Shown: positions 1 through 8,362, counted from the first letter of the stretch. The stretch is DNA of 60,966 bases from an uncultured Candidatus Saccharibacteria bacterium (GCA_964633865.1 CAZWIJ010000008.1:1-60966); one strand, 5' to 3'. Made by a program: numbers and translations. Notes: generated by a model not told the origin, from the sequence alone.

Positions 1-73
1 AATCAAGAGTTGGAATTTCTATAATATGTGTCTTTATTCCATTTATAAGATATTGGTATATTTTTGTCTGCAT
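1..73 (-). CDS. Possible 5' end of a gene running off the left edge (partial)
   Basis: The minus-strand ATG at 73-71 opens a frame (MQTKIYQYLINGIKTHIIEIPTLD...) that stays open to position 1. A promoter lies upstream at 105-132. Only 24 codons are visible, so no function can be called. Confidence 0.3.
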   Translation of the reverse strand, partial: MQTKIYQYLINGIKTHIIEIPTLD

Positions 74-104
74 AAAAAATTGTTTATTATTATTAATTAT
101 CTTT

Positions 105-132
105 ATTATATCATTTAGTATAATTTAATCAA
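105..132 (-). promoter_or_regulatory. Sigma70-type promoter for the left-edge gene
   Basis: On the minus strand it reads TTGATT (132-127), a 16-nt spacer, then TGaTATAAT (-10 at 110-105). Confidence 0.4.
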
Positions 133-186
133 TAAAAGTTGTTATTAAATATAATTAACTCATGTATTTAAATCAAAATTTATTAC

Positions 187-215
187 TTGACATTTTATCA
201 GAAATTACATATTAT
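187..215 (+). promoter_or_regulatory. Sigma70-type promoter of the YcaO fusion gene
   Basis: TTGACA at 187-192, an exact 17-nt spacer, and TATTAT at 210-215. It sits about 60 nt upstream of the ATG at 276, with a GAGGGA RBS at 262-267. Confidence 0.6.
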
Positions 216-222
216 AAAAATT

Positions 223-240
223 AGTAATTTTAAAATTACT
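223..240. promoter_or_regulatory. Perfect 18-bp palindrome at the predicted transcription start (operator or 5' stem-loop)
   Basis: AGTAATTTTAAAATTACT is a perfect inverted repeat. It starts about 8 nt after the -10 hexamer. Confidence 0.4.
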
Positions 241-275
241 TTAGTGTACTTTAAAAATTTGAGGGAAACTAAAAG

Positions 276-2435
276 ATGAGTCAAATACAAGATATCTCTT
301 TTCAACCTTTTGCTTGCTGTATTTGGGACTACTGTAAAAATTCTCAAACACTCACAATATTCTTGGTGAATGAAGAACAAGATGTAAAAATAGAAGGTGA
401 AGATACAGAAGATATTTACAATTTTTTAAAAAGTTGTAATGGATTAAATACTATTAGTGAGATTTCTAATGAGTTACAAATTGATCTACAAAAATGTATT
501 TTAATATGTGACTTTTTATTACAAGAAAAAGCTATATATGATTCTAGACAATTATATAAATGGTTTTTAACTTGTTCTCAAAATCCAAATTATTTTTCTA
601 GATCTATAACTAGACAAGATGCTATTGATATTCCTTTAGAAAAAAATACTGAATACAATCAGAATCCTGAGTACTCAACAAATTCTTCATTTGAATCAAT
701 ACTAACTAACCTTTTCCTTAAAAGAAAAAGTTGTAGAAATTTTGATAACAAAAAACTATTAAGCAAAGAATCTATAATGTTTTTACTTAAAGGAATGCTT
801 AGAGTTGAAGATGTTTGGACATTACCATCAGCAGGAGGTATGTATTCATTTGTTCCAATAGTAATATTCCCTAGAGAAGTTGAGGATATTAAAAAAGGAG
901 TCTATGCCTACAATCCTCAGACCTACTCTCTATACAAATGGAGAGATGAAGATTATTTTCAATCTATTGGTTGGTATGAAAGACTTTTAGATTCAAAACA
1001 TTTTGTAGCATGTGCTACTATGATAGTATTATTAACATCAAATATTTCCAAAATTGATAAAAAATATTCAAATCGAGCTTTAAGATTTGCTCTTATTGAA
1101 GCCGGTCATATAGCTCAGAATGCAATATTATTATCTACTGAAAAAGAAATTGGTTGTTTAGAGTACGGAGGATTTGATGATTTGGTTGCAGAAATGATTG
1201 TTGATTATAAAAAATTAACAACTCTAACCTGCTTGATATTTGGAGTTCCTGAAGATACTTCTAAGATTGATATTAAGGAGAATTCATTGTATCAGCTTGA
1301 GCACAAATACCCCCACTTACATAGTTCTCTTATCAGAACTAAAAGATCATTAGAAGAATATACTTCTTATTCTTTAGGTTATGTATCTAGAGAACACTCA
1401 CAATATACTGGATTTGGTTCTGGAACAACGAGTGAAGAAGCTTCTTTGAAATCCATAGTTGAAAGTATCGAAAGAGAAGTCTCAATGGGCTTATGGTTTG
1501 ATAAACAATGTTCTATAAAAGACCTGGATTATCCAAATTTTAACCAAAATGAAATTTGGGGATATCATAAAAAAGTTTTCAGTCTAACTTCCTTGAAAAG
1601 ATTAAATGAAACTGATATTACTGATTGGGTTTTAATGAAAAATATCAAAGGAGATGATCTAAAATATGCTTTATCAGATATGATATTTTACGGACATAAT
1701 CCAAAATATGGCTTTAGTAATTCAAACGGAATAGCTGGAGATATTAATTTAGATAGAGCATTTAAATCAGCTTTATTAGAGTTAATCGAGAGAGATTCAT
1801 TTTTAGTTATTTATCATACTAAGAGGGTTGTTAGTCAAATTGATTTTAAAATGTTACCAAAATGGTTACAGCTACAAATCACTAGTTTGAAGAAAATTGG
1901 ATATAAAACAACTGTTCTTGACATAACTTTAGATAGTATACCAGTTTATTTGATTTGCATTCATTCTACTGAAAAACACCCTTGTTTTGTCTGTGGAGCT
2001 TCAGCAGGGTTTGAATACGAAAGTATTCTTTTAAAAGCATTTAGCGAAGCTGAATCTATGCTGTTAAGTTGGCAAGATAATTGTGAAGAACCGTTGCATG
2101 AACCAGATGTTAATACACCTCACAAACATGCTTCTCTTTATATGAATCCTATTTATTTAAAGAATATCTCTTGGATATTAAATGCACCTGTTACAGATAC
2201 TATATCCACTAATAAGTTTTGTTTAGAGGATTTAATTGAAAAATACAACCCATATATTGTAGATTTATCATCAAAAAATAAATCTAGTTTTATTAAGGTT
2301 GTTAAGGTCTTAAGTTCTGAATTACTTCCTATGTACTTTGGGTTTGGATTAGAACCAATAAACCATTCTAGAATTAATAAACTTGGTCTAAAGTGGATTA
2401 ATAAATATCCTAGTTTTCCTCATTTCTTTTCTTAA
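276..2435 (+). CDS. Three-module fusion: RRE-like wHTH, SagB-type FMN dehydrogenase and YcaO cyclodehydratase domain
   Basis: 719-aa ORF. Residues ~40-90 look PqqD/RRE-like (EDIYNFLKSCNGLNTISEISNELQIDLQKCILICDFLLQEKAIYD). Residues ~140-335 carry SagB/nitroreductase motifs (LKRKSCRNF, PSAGGMYSF, ALIEAGHIAQN, GGFDD). Residues ~370-719 carry YcaO motifs (GFGSGTTSEEASLKSIVESIEREVS, SNGIAGDINLDRAFKSALLELIERDSF, C-terminal PSFPHFF). Confidence 0.85.
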   Translation: MSQIQDISFQPFACCIWDYCKNSQTLTIFLVNEEQDVKIEGEDTEDIYNFLKSCNGLNTISEISNELQIDLQKCILICDFLLQEKAIYDSRQLYKWFLTCSQNPNYFSRSITRQDAIDIPLEKNTEYNQNPEYSTNSSFESILTNLFLKRKSCRNFDNKKLLSKESIMFLLKGMLRVEDVWTLPSAGGMYSFVPIVIFPREVEDIKKGVYAYNPQTYSLYKWRDEDYFQSIGWYERLLDSKHFVACATMIVLLTSNISKIDKKYSNRALRFALIEAGHIAQNAILLSTEKEIGCLEYGGFDDLVAEMIVDYKKLTTLTCLIFGVPEDTSKIDIKENSLYQLEHKYPHLHSSLIRTKRSLEEYTSYSLGYVSREHSQYTGFGSGTTSEEASLKSIVESIEREVSMGLWFDKQCSIKDLDYPNFNQNEIWGYHKKVFSLTSLKRLNETDITDWVLMKNIKGDDLKYALSDMIFYGHNPKYGFSNSNGIAGDINLDRAFKSALLELIERDSFLVIYHTKRVVSQIDFKMLPKWLQLQITSLKKIGYKTTVLDITLDSIPVYLICIHSTEKHPCFVCGASAGFEYESILLKAFSEAESMLLSWQDNCEEPLHEPDVNTPHKHASLYMNPIYLKNISWILNAPVTDTISTNKFCLEDLIEKYNPYIVDLSSKNKSSFIKVVKVLSSELLPMYFGFGLEPINHSRINKLGLKWINKYPSFPHFFS

Positions 2436-2458
2436 ATAGAATAATCAAAAATTATTAT

Positions 2459-2492
2459 GACAAGGTATTTTTATAACACCTTGTCTTTTTTT
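2459..2492 (+). terminator. Intrinsic terminator after the YcaO fusion gene
   Basis: Stem GACAAGGT (2459-2466) pairs with ACCTTGTC (2478-2485) and is followed by T7. The right arm overlaps the 3' end of the convergent gene. Confidence 0.6.
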
Positions 2493-3331
2493 ATGTCTAA
2501 CCATAATTGCCATATTTCTAAAGGCTCTTTTTTAGTTATTTCTATCCATGAAAATTTATATTTTTCTTGAATATCTCTAATTATAATATATCCTAAAGAA
2601 TAACCTAACCACTGAGGATGAATTTCATCTCCCATAAATAAAGCATCATACTGAGAATCTTCTAAAAAAGCATTTTGATTCCAATTATTAGCAAATTCAG
2701 GAACAAAAGATATAAGAGTTTTTTCATACTCTTTATTTATTTTTTCGATCCAAGGTGATTTTTTACCCCCTACAATCTCATCACGAAAATATTCTGCCAA
2801 ACCCTCAAATATTAATATCTGTCCTATTGTTTCCCAATTATGATATTCATGAATAATTACATGGTGATATTCATGAGCAATAGTGTCTTGTAAACTTTTT
2901 TTCCAATTTTCAGTAGATGTATTTATACTAATAAAAATAGTACCACCTATTGTAGGAGCATATCCCATAACTCCATCTAATTCCTCTAAAAAAAATTTAT
3001 AAAATGTTGGTAAAACTATAATATTTATTTTCTTTGGAAGAGGAAGTTTTTTATTAGATTTTATTAGTATGTCTTCTATTATCAACTTAATTTCACTTTC
3101 ATTATAATTTATAACTGGTATTTTGTCAGGAAGTTGTGTTACATTCCAAAAATATTCAGAATCATCTTGTGACAAACTACTAAATAATTCAGGAAATAAA
3201 ATTTTGGCTTCATTTCTAATATTATTACTTATTAAATTTGAATCAAAATTATATTTTAAAAGAGACAAAAAAGAAACAATATTATAATCCATAGATAATT
3301 TATTGACATTAATTAATAATAATGATACCAT
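2471..3331 (-). CDS. Putative zinc metalloprotease (HExxH; DUF2268-like)
   Basis: 286-aa ORF with AHEYHHVIIHEYH, which contains an HExxH motif. It is convergent with the YcaO gene. The family assignment rests on motif recall only. Confidence 0.5.
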   Translation of the reverse strand: MVSLLLINVNKLSMDYNIVSFLSLLKYNFDSNLISNNIRNEAKILFPELFSSLSQDDSEYFWNVTQLPDKIPVINYNESEIKLIIEDILIKSNKKLPLPKKINIIVLPTFYKFFLEELDGVMGYAPTIGGTIFISINTSTENWKKSLQDTIAHEYHHVIIHEYHNWETIGQILIFEGLAEYFRDEIVGGKKSPWIEKINKEYEKTLISFVPEFANNWNQNAFLEDSQYDALFMGDEIHPQWLGYSLGYIIIRDIQEKYKFSWIEITKKEPLEIWQLWLDIKKDKVL

Positions 3332-3408
3332 TTATTTAATTGATAAGCAAGTTATTTATAAAAATCTTGCCAACTATATTGTTCTATAAAATTCAAGGAT
3401 TAACCTTT

Positions 3409-3513
3409 ATGAAACTCAAAATAATTGTCTCAAAAGTTCAAAAAAACAGTAGTAATGCTGTCGCTATGAAGTCTGTCGGTAAATGTGGTGGAGATAAATG
3501 TAAGTTGGGTTAA
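3409..3513 (+). CDS. Unannotated 34-aa ORF; candidate RiPP precursor peptide
   Basis: Hand translation gives MKLKIIVSKVQKNSSNAVAMKSVGKCGGDKCKLG. An AAGGA RBS lies about 10 nt upstream and its own hairpin terminator follows at 3535-3566. It sits between the two peptidase genes. The C-terminus is Gly/Cys/Lys-rich. Confidence 0.5.
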   Translation: MKLKIIVSKVQKNSSNAVAMKSVGKCGGDKCKLG

Positions 3514-3534
3514 ATAAAAATAATCTAATTATAA

Positions 3535-3566
3535 GGAGTGGTTTTTATAAATCACTCCATTTTTTA
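3535..3566 (+). terminator. Intrinsic terminator after the 34-aa ORF
   Basis: GGAGTG (3535-3540) pairs with CACTCC (3553-3558) and is followed by a T-run. Confidence 0.55.
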
Positions 3567-3641
3567 TTATACAAAATTTATTATAATAAAACAAACTATT
3601 ATATAACATGGTTTATTAATTTACAAGTTTAAATCAAAGAC

Positions 3642-4670
3642 TTATTTTAGAGAGGTGAAATATTCTTGAAAATCTTGTGTTTGTAAAAGTTTTATTTTAT
3701 AATAAATATCTTCCAGAGAATTATTCTGGATATCTGTTATTTTATTATACAATTGCAACCTATTTAATGTAGATTTATAATTTATTCCGTCAATATCCAT
3801 TCCTAATCCTGATAAATATATTTTTTTTATATAATCAAAAGCTTTTTTAAAGCTTTTATATTCAAATAGATTAAGATTTATATCAATATCAGAAATAATA
3901 GAGAAATATTTTTTATTTCCTCTATTAAAAATTAGGCTCTCCATATTATTTTTATATACTACTTCTTCCAACCAAGAAAGAAATATATCTTGCGTTATTG
4001 TATAATTAATTAAATATTCATATATTAGCTCTTTTGAGGAAGTTTTCATAATTTTCATTTCACTTTTTTTAATTGCTTCTATAGAACTTTTTTGTTTAAA
4101 GATATTTTGAAAGTCTTTTATCCAATCATCTTGCCAATTTCCTATAAAATAATTTTCTATAGAACTTTTTTGTACTGAGGTATTCCAATATTCTTGAGCT
4201 TCCTTACAAATTTTATAAGTAAGTTCTCCTTCTTCCCAATTACCAACTAATGAGTGAAGTTTTGGAATATATTTTTGGACTCTCTTTTTATGATAAAAAG
4301 ATGAGCTTTCAGTATATTCTTGAATTTCTTCATAAATTTCTCTACTTACAAAAGAAAAGTCTTTCTCTTGTAAATCAGAATTATAAATCATGTTAGATAA
4401 GAACACTTTGACTAATTCTATGTCTTTTATATCAAACTGGGCATAAATTCTTACAGAATTGGGATCTGTGACAGCCTCTAATTTCCCAAATAAATTATAT
4501 ATATCTTCTGAAAGCTTATTATAATCTTTATCTTTATTCCCATAAAACAAAAGGTGTTCAGCTAAATGGGTAAACCCTTGTTGGTCTCTAGTTTCTTTCT
4601 GTGAAGATATCTGTATCTCTAACATTAATCCAAGTGTATATTTCCAATTTAAATGATGATATTTTATCAT
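3642..4670 (-). CDS. M16 (pitrilysin/insulinase) family metallopeptidase, short form
   Basis: 342-aa ORF with the inverted zinc motif HxxEH in GFTHLAEHLLFYGN near the N-terminus, as in M16 peptidases. Confidence 0.7.
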   Translation of the reverse strand: MIKYHHLNWKYTLGLMLEIQISSQKETRDQQGFTHLAEHLLFYGNKDKDYNKLSEDIYNLFGKLEAVTDPNSVRIYAQFDIKDIELVKVFLSNMIYNSDLQEKDFSFVSREIYEEIQEYTESSSFYHKKRVQKYIPKLHSLVGNWEEGELTYKICKEAQEYWNTSVQKSSIENYFIGNWQDDWIKDFQNIFKQKSSIEAIKKSEMKIMKTSSKELIYEYLINYTITQDIFLSWLEEVVYKNNMESLIFNRGNKKYFSIISDIDINLNLFEYKSFKKAFDYIKKIYLSGLGMDIDGINYKSTLNRLQLYNKITDIQNNSLEDIYYKIKLLQTQDFQEYFTSLK

Positions 4671-4697
4671 GATAGGTATATTTTATATAAGTAATTT

Positions 4698-4729
4698 ATA
4701 AAAATAAGGAAGTAATATGTTACTTCCTT
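4698..4729 (-). terminator. Intrinsic terminator of the 48-aa gene
   Basis: A perfect 10-bp stem, AAGGAAGTAA (4706-4715) with TTACTTCCTT (4720-4729). On the minus-strand RNA it is followed by ATTTTTAT. Confidence 0.6.
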
Positions 4730-4746
4730 GAAACGGTATTTATAGA

Positions 4747-4893
4747 CTATTTATTGAAAGAGCTTCTGCCTTTATCTCTTCCCTTGTCTTTCTTAGAATG
4801 TTCTTCACCATTCTGATGTCCAACATTTCTTTCTCGATTAGCATTCTGCTGATTTCTGGCAGCTTTCTTTTCCCAACTGTGTTTTTTAGCCAT
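4747..4893 (-). CDS. Small basic hydrophilic protein (48 aa), unannotated
   Basis: Hand translation gives MAKKHSWEKKAARNQQNANRERNVGHQNGEEHSKKDKGRDKGRSSFNK. It has its own promoter (4924-4953) and terminator (4698-4729). It falls below the ORF-track length cutoff. Confidence 0.5.
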   Translation of the reverse strand: MAKKHSWEKKAARNQQNANRERNVGHQNGEEHSKKDKGRDKGRSSFNK

Positions 4894-4923
4894 CTTAACT
4901 TTTTTCAAATAAAGTACATATTC

Positions 4924-4953
4924 AGTGTATTAAAAAAAATTAAAACTTGTCAA
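4924..4953 (-). promoter_or_regulatory. Promoter of the 48-aa gene (T-rich spacer family)
   Basis: The minus strand reads TTGACAAGTTTTAATTTTTTTTAATACACTGAATATGTAC. It resembles the promoters at 10660-10687 and 14653-14680. Confidence 0.45.
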
Positions 4954-4981
4954 GTAGAAACTTTAAATAAATTATACCCCC

Positions 4982-7144
4982 CTACAACTCCACGAAAAAA
5001 TCTGAACCAACATTTTCTTCACTTTCAAACCAAAATCTCCCATTATGTAGTTCTACAATTCTTTTGGTCAAATATAATCCTAAGCCTGAACCATCTATAT
5101 AAACCATCTCTCCATTTTTTCCTCTTGTGAATTTATTCATTACATTTTTCCTATCTGTCTTTAATATACCTATTCCTGTGTCTTTTATCTCTAATAATAC
5201 TTTTCCATTGATAATGTCTATATTTATCTTAATCTCACCTTTTTTAGTATATCTAAGTGCATTATCTACTAAACTTTGTATTGCTTTCTTTATATATTCT
5301 CTATTTCCTATTACTAATATTTCTTCTTTCTTTGTTAAATTATTAAATATTAATTTCAGATCGTGTTTTTTTGCTAAATCTTCATAAGATTCTTTTACTT
5401 CCTTTATTATACCTATAATATCAAATTCTTCTTTTCTATTTAATTGAAAGTTAACACTGTCTATCTCTGATGATAATAAGATATCATCTATTATATTGCT
5501 AAGCTTGATACTTTTCTCATACATTCCACTTATGAATTTATTTTTATCTTCTGGTGTCCATTTATCAAATTCATCTTCTACCATCATAGATAAAGATCCT
5601 TTTATTACTGTGGTAGGTGTTCTTAATTGATGTGATGCTATTGTTAAAAATTCATCTTTCATCTTGATTAATTTTTCTAATTTTTTTGCCTTCTCTAATA
5701 TATCTTGTGTTTGTATTTTTACTTTTTGATTTAATGTACGATTAAAATCATTTATTTCTTGATATAATAATGCATTCTTAATTGCTATTGCTGATTGTTG
5801 TCCTAAAATTTTTATTAACTTTAAATCTTGTGTAGTAAACACTTCTTTTTTGTCTTTTTCTCCTATTAAAAATATTCCTAATAACTCTTTTCCATATATA
5901 ATGGGATAATATATTTCATATGGTGTTCTCATTATATTCTTATATATTAATTGTATTTCTTTATTTTCTGTTTGTTCTACTATCAATTTTATTTCGGATC
6001 TTATTATTAGATCCTTGCTTCTTCTCATTTGTGCTATAAAATTTTTATCTCTTAAAAATTGATATTTCTTATATTCTAATATTGGATTTGCTGATATAAT
6101 CTTACCATCTTTATTATATAAAATAATTTCCATCTGCCCTAAATGAAAGTTCTGTATTAAAGTATTCTGTATCAAATTTACTATATCATCTATTTTTATT
6201 ATTGTAGTTAATCTCTTTGTCAAATCTTCCAGTATATTCTGATTCAAATATACTTCTGAGAAAAAATTATTCTGTACAAATCTCAATATTATTGACTTAA
6301 ATGGTGTAAATAAAATTGTGATTATAATAAAAATGACTCCCGTTAAAACATATGACCTTATATCATAAATATCTCCAAATATTCTTTGTTCTAAACCTAA
6401 AATAGCATAAAATATTATATACATTGAGATTAATGCTATCCAATATATTATAAATTTATTTATAACTAGTCTAATATCTAGGAATCTATATCTTACGATT
6501 GCATAAGCAACAAATCCTATCATAATTAATCCTGATATAGGTCCAAATATATATGCATATGGCAAATCTATAAAAAACGATATTATATTAGTAAAAATTC
6601 CAAATGATAATCCTAAAAATGATCCTATTGATACATACTTTATTTGTACTTTAATAATTCCAGTAGATACTTTAAATACATTATGTAAATTTTTAAATGC
6701 TATAGATAAATATCCTAGAAAATAAATAAAAATAATATAATACAACCATCCAACTTTCACTTCCGTCCCCCAATCTCTAAAAATTACTTCTGAGACATTG
6801 GCATCTGTAAAGGTAAATAATAGTATAAATAAAATGGGAAATAGTAATAGTATTTGTAACTTACGAGTTATTTTAAATTTTTTATTTATTAATTCATAAA
6901 ATGCATAACTTAATAGTACAAAATAATATGGGATAAATGATGCAGGAAGAACAACTATCCTATTTGAAAATAATGTGTAATTACTAGGTATATCTGAAAG
7001 TATTAAAGTAAAGACCCAAAAAGATACTGCTAAGGTAAATCCGAGAAAATTTTTATTAATATTACTTTTAGGATTTTTTTTATAAACTAATATTCCCGTA
7101 ATAAAAGTTGTAATACAAGACAATATATAAACCAACAATATCAT
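4982..7144 (-). CDS. Membrane sensor histidine kinase (multi-TM N-terminus, GAF-like middle, HisKA and HATPase_c)
   Basis: 720 aa. The N-terminal ~270 residues are hydrophobic. H-box TIASHQLRTPTT, and C-terminal G-boxes DTGIGI and GSGLGLYLTKRIVELHNG. Confidence 0.8.
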   Translation of the reverse strand: MILLVYILSCITTFITGILVYKKNPKSNINKNFLGFTLAVSFWVFTLILSDIPSNYTLFSNRIVVLPASFIPYYFVLLSYAFYELINKKFKITRKLQILLLFPILFILLFTFTDANVSEVIFRDWGTEVKVGWLYYIIFIYFLGYLSIAFKNLHNVFKVSTGIIKVQIKYVSIGSFLGLSFGIFTNIISFFIDLPYAYIFGPISGLIMIGFVAYAIVRYRFLDIRLVINKFIIYWIALISMYIIFYAILGLEQRIFGDIYDIRSYVLTGVIFIIITILFTPFKSIILRFVQNNFFSEVYLNQNILEDLTKRLTTIIKIDDIVNLIQNTLIQNFHLGQMEIILYNKDGKIISANPILEYKKYQFLRDKNFIAQMRRSKDLIIRSEIKLIVEQTENKEIQLIYKNIMRTPYEIYYPIIYGKELLGIFLIGEKDKKEVFTTQDLKLIKILGQQSAIAIKNALLYQEINDFNRTLNQKVKIQTQDILEKAKKLEKLIKMKDEFLTIASHQLRTPTTVIKGSLSMMVEDEFDKWTPEDKNKFISGMYEKSIKLSNIIDDILLSSEIDSVNFQLNRKEEFDIIGIIKEVKESYEDLAKKHDLKLIFNNLTKKEEILVIGNREYIKKAIQSLVDNALRYTKKGEIKINIDIINGKVLLEIKDTGIGILKTDRKNVMNKFTRGKNGEMVYIDGSGLGLYLTKRIVELHNGRFWFESEENVGSDFFVEL

Positions 7145-7154
7145 AATTTTATTT

Positions 7155-8288
7155 TTAATTATTAATGTAAATTTCTGGAGTAATTAAACCATTAAATGAG
7201 GTTGAACAAGCTGTAGTATATGCACCTGTATTTAAGATAATTATCTTATCTCCTAATTTTATATCTTCTGGCAAATCATAATTTTTAAACATAATATCTA
7301 TACTATCACAAGATGGACCTGCAATATTATAAGGAATTTTTCTTACATTATCTTTATAAATATTTCCATTTCTAATTAAAAATAATTCATACGAAAAATT
7401 CTCTAATGTCTCCATTAATCCATTATATACTCCCACATCTAAATAAATCCAATTTTCTTCATTGTTTTTCTTTAGTAAAATGACTTCAGCCACCATATAT
7501 CCACAATCACCTATTAACCCCCTCCCTGGCTCCAAAACTAATTTTGTATTTTGGAAGTTTTGAAAATAACTCTTAAAAGAATCTTTAATTACTTTCTTTA
7601 TCTCATTGAGATTTGGTATTTCTTTTTTATATTTTACAGGTATTCCACCTCCTAAATTTAGGAAACTTAAATTTATATTTATATCTTTGGCTAATTGAAA
7701 TATTTCTGCAGATGTTTTCATTGCTTTTTCCCAATTATCCAGATTCAGACACTGAGATCCAACATGAAAGTTAAGACCGATCACATCAAGATTTTTACTT
7801 TGTGCATATTCCATCAAAGGAATTGCTTCACTCTTATCTACTCCAAATTTATTTGTAAGTGGCCAATCACTACCTTCATTATCTACTTTAAGTCTTAGAT
7901 ATACCTGTGATTTTGGAGCCAATCTTTCTATTTTATCTATTTCCTGATAACTATCGAAAGAGAATCTATTTACACCATATTCATAAGCTTTTTCTATAAA
8001 CTTACTTATTTTGATTGGATTACTAGATATTATTCTCTCTGGACTAATTCCTAAAGATATCAGTTGATCTAATTCAGATATTGAAGCTATTTCAAAATTA
8101 CAACCCAAATCATCTAATATTTTAAGTATCTGATCATCTGAATTAGCTTTTATTGCATAATATATATCTATATTTTCAAATGTATCTTTTATTTTTGTAT
8201 ATTTGTCTTGAACTTTTGACTCACTAATAACCAAAACTGGTGTTTCTAACTTTTCTACAATATCTTTATTTATATGAGATATATCCAT
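7155..8288 (-). CDS. PLP-dependent Orn/Lys/DAP-type decarboxylase (alanine-racemase fold)
   Basis: 377 aa. YYAIKANSD contains the PLP lysine; GGGIPV, EPGRGL and GPSCDSIDI (ODC-like CDxxD) are also present. Confidence 0.7.
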   Translation of the reverse strand: MDISHINKDIVEKLETPVLVISESKVQDKYTKIKDTFENIDIYYAIKANSDDQILKILDDLGCNFEIASISELDQLISLGISPERIISSNPIKISKFIEKAYEYGVNRFSFDSYQEIDKIERLAPKSQVYLRLKVDNEGSDWPLTNKFGVDKSEAIPLMEYAQSKNLDVIGLNFHVGSQCLNLDNWEKAMKTSAEIFQLAKDININLSFLNLGGGIPVKYKKEIPNLNEIKKVIKDSFKSYFQNFQNTKLVLEPGRGLIGDCGYMVAEVILLKKNNEENWIYLDVGVYNGLMETLENFSYELFLIRNGNIYKDNVRKIPYNIAGPSCDSIDIMFKNYDLPEDIKLGDKIIILNTGAYTTACSTSFNGLITPEIYINN

Positions 8289-8301
8289 ACTATAAGATTT
8301 A

Positions 8302-8330
8302 TTGACAAAACATTTATATAGTTGTATAAT
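8302..8330 (+). promoter_or_regulatory. Consensus sigma70 promoter
   Basis: TTGACA at 8302-8307, a 17-nt spacer, and TATAAT at 8325-8330. Confidence 0.6.
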
Positions 8331-8362
8331 ATCATAGTTCTTTCGTTTTGAAAAGTAAATTT

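Noticed and set aside
198-380. 60-aa minus-strand ORF overlapping the start of the YcaO fusion gene
   Set aside because: It overlaps the promoter, the palindrome and the 5' end of a well-supported gene. It has no start context of its own.
4798-5387. Plus-strand ORFs 4798-5130 and 5127-5387
   Set aside because: They are antisense to the 48-aa gene and to the histidine-kinase C-terminus, whose HATPase motifs are unmistakable. They have no RBS or promoter and a low-complexity hydrophobic composition.
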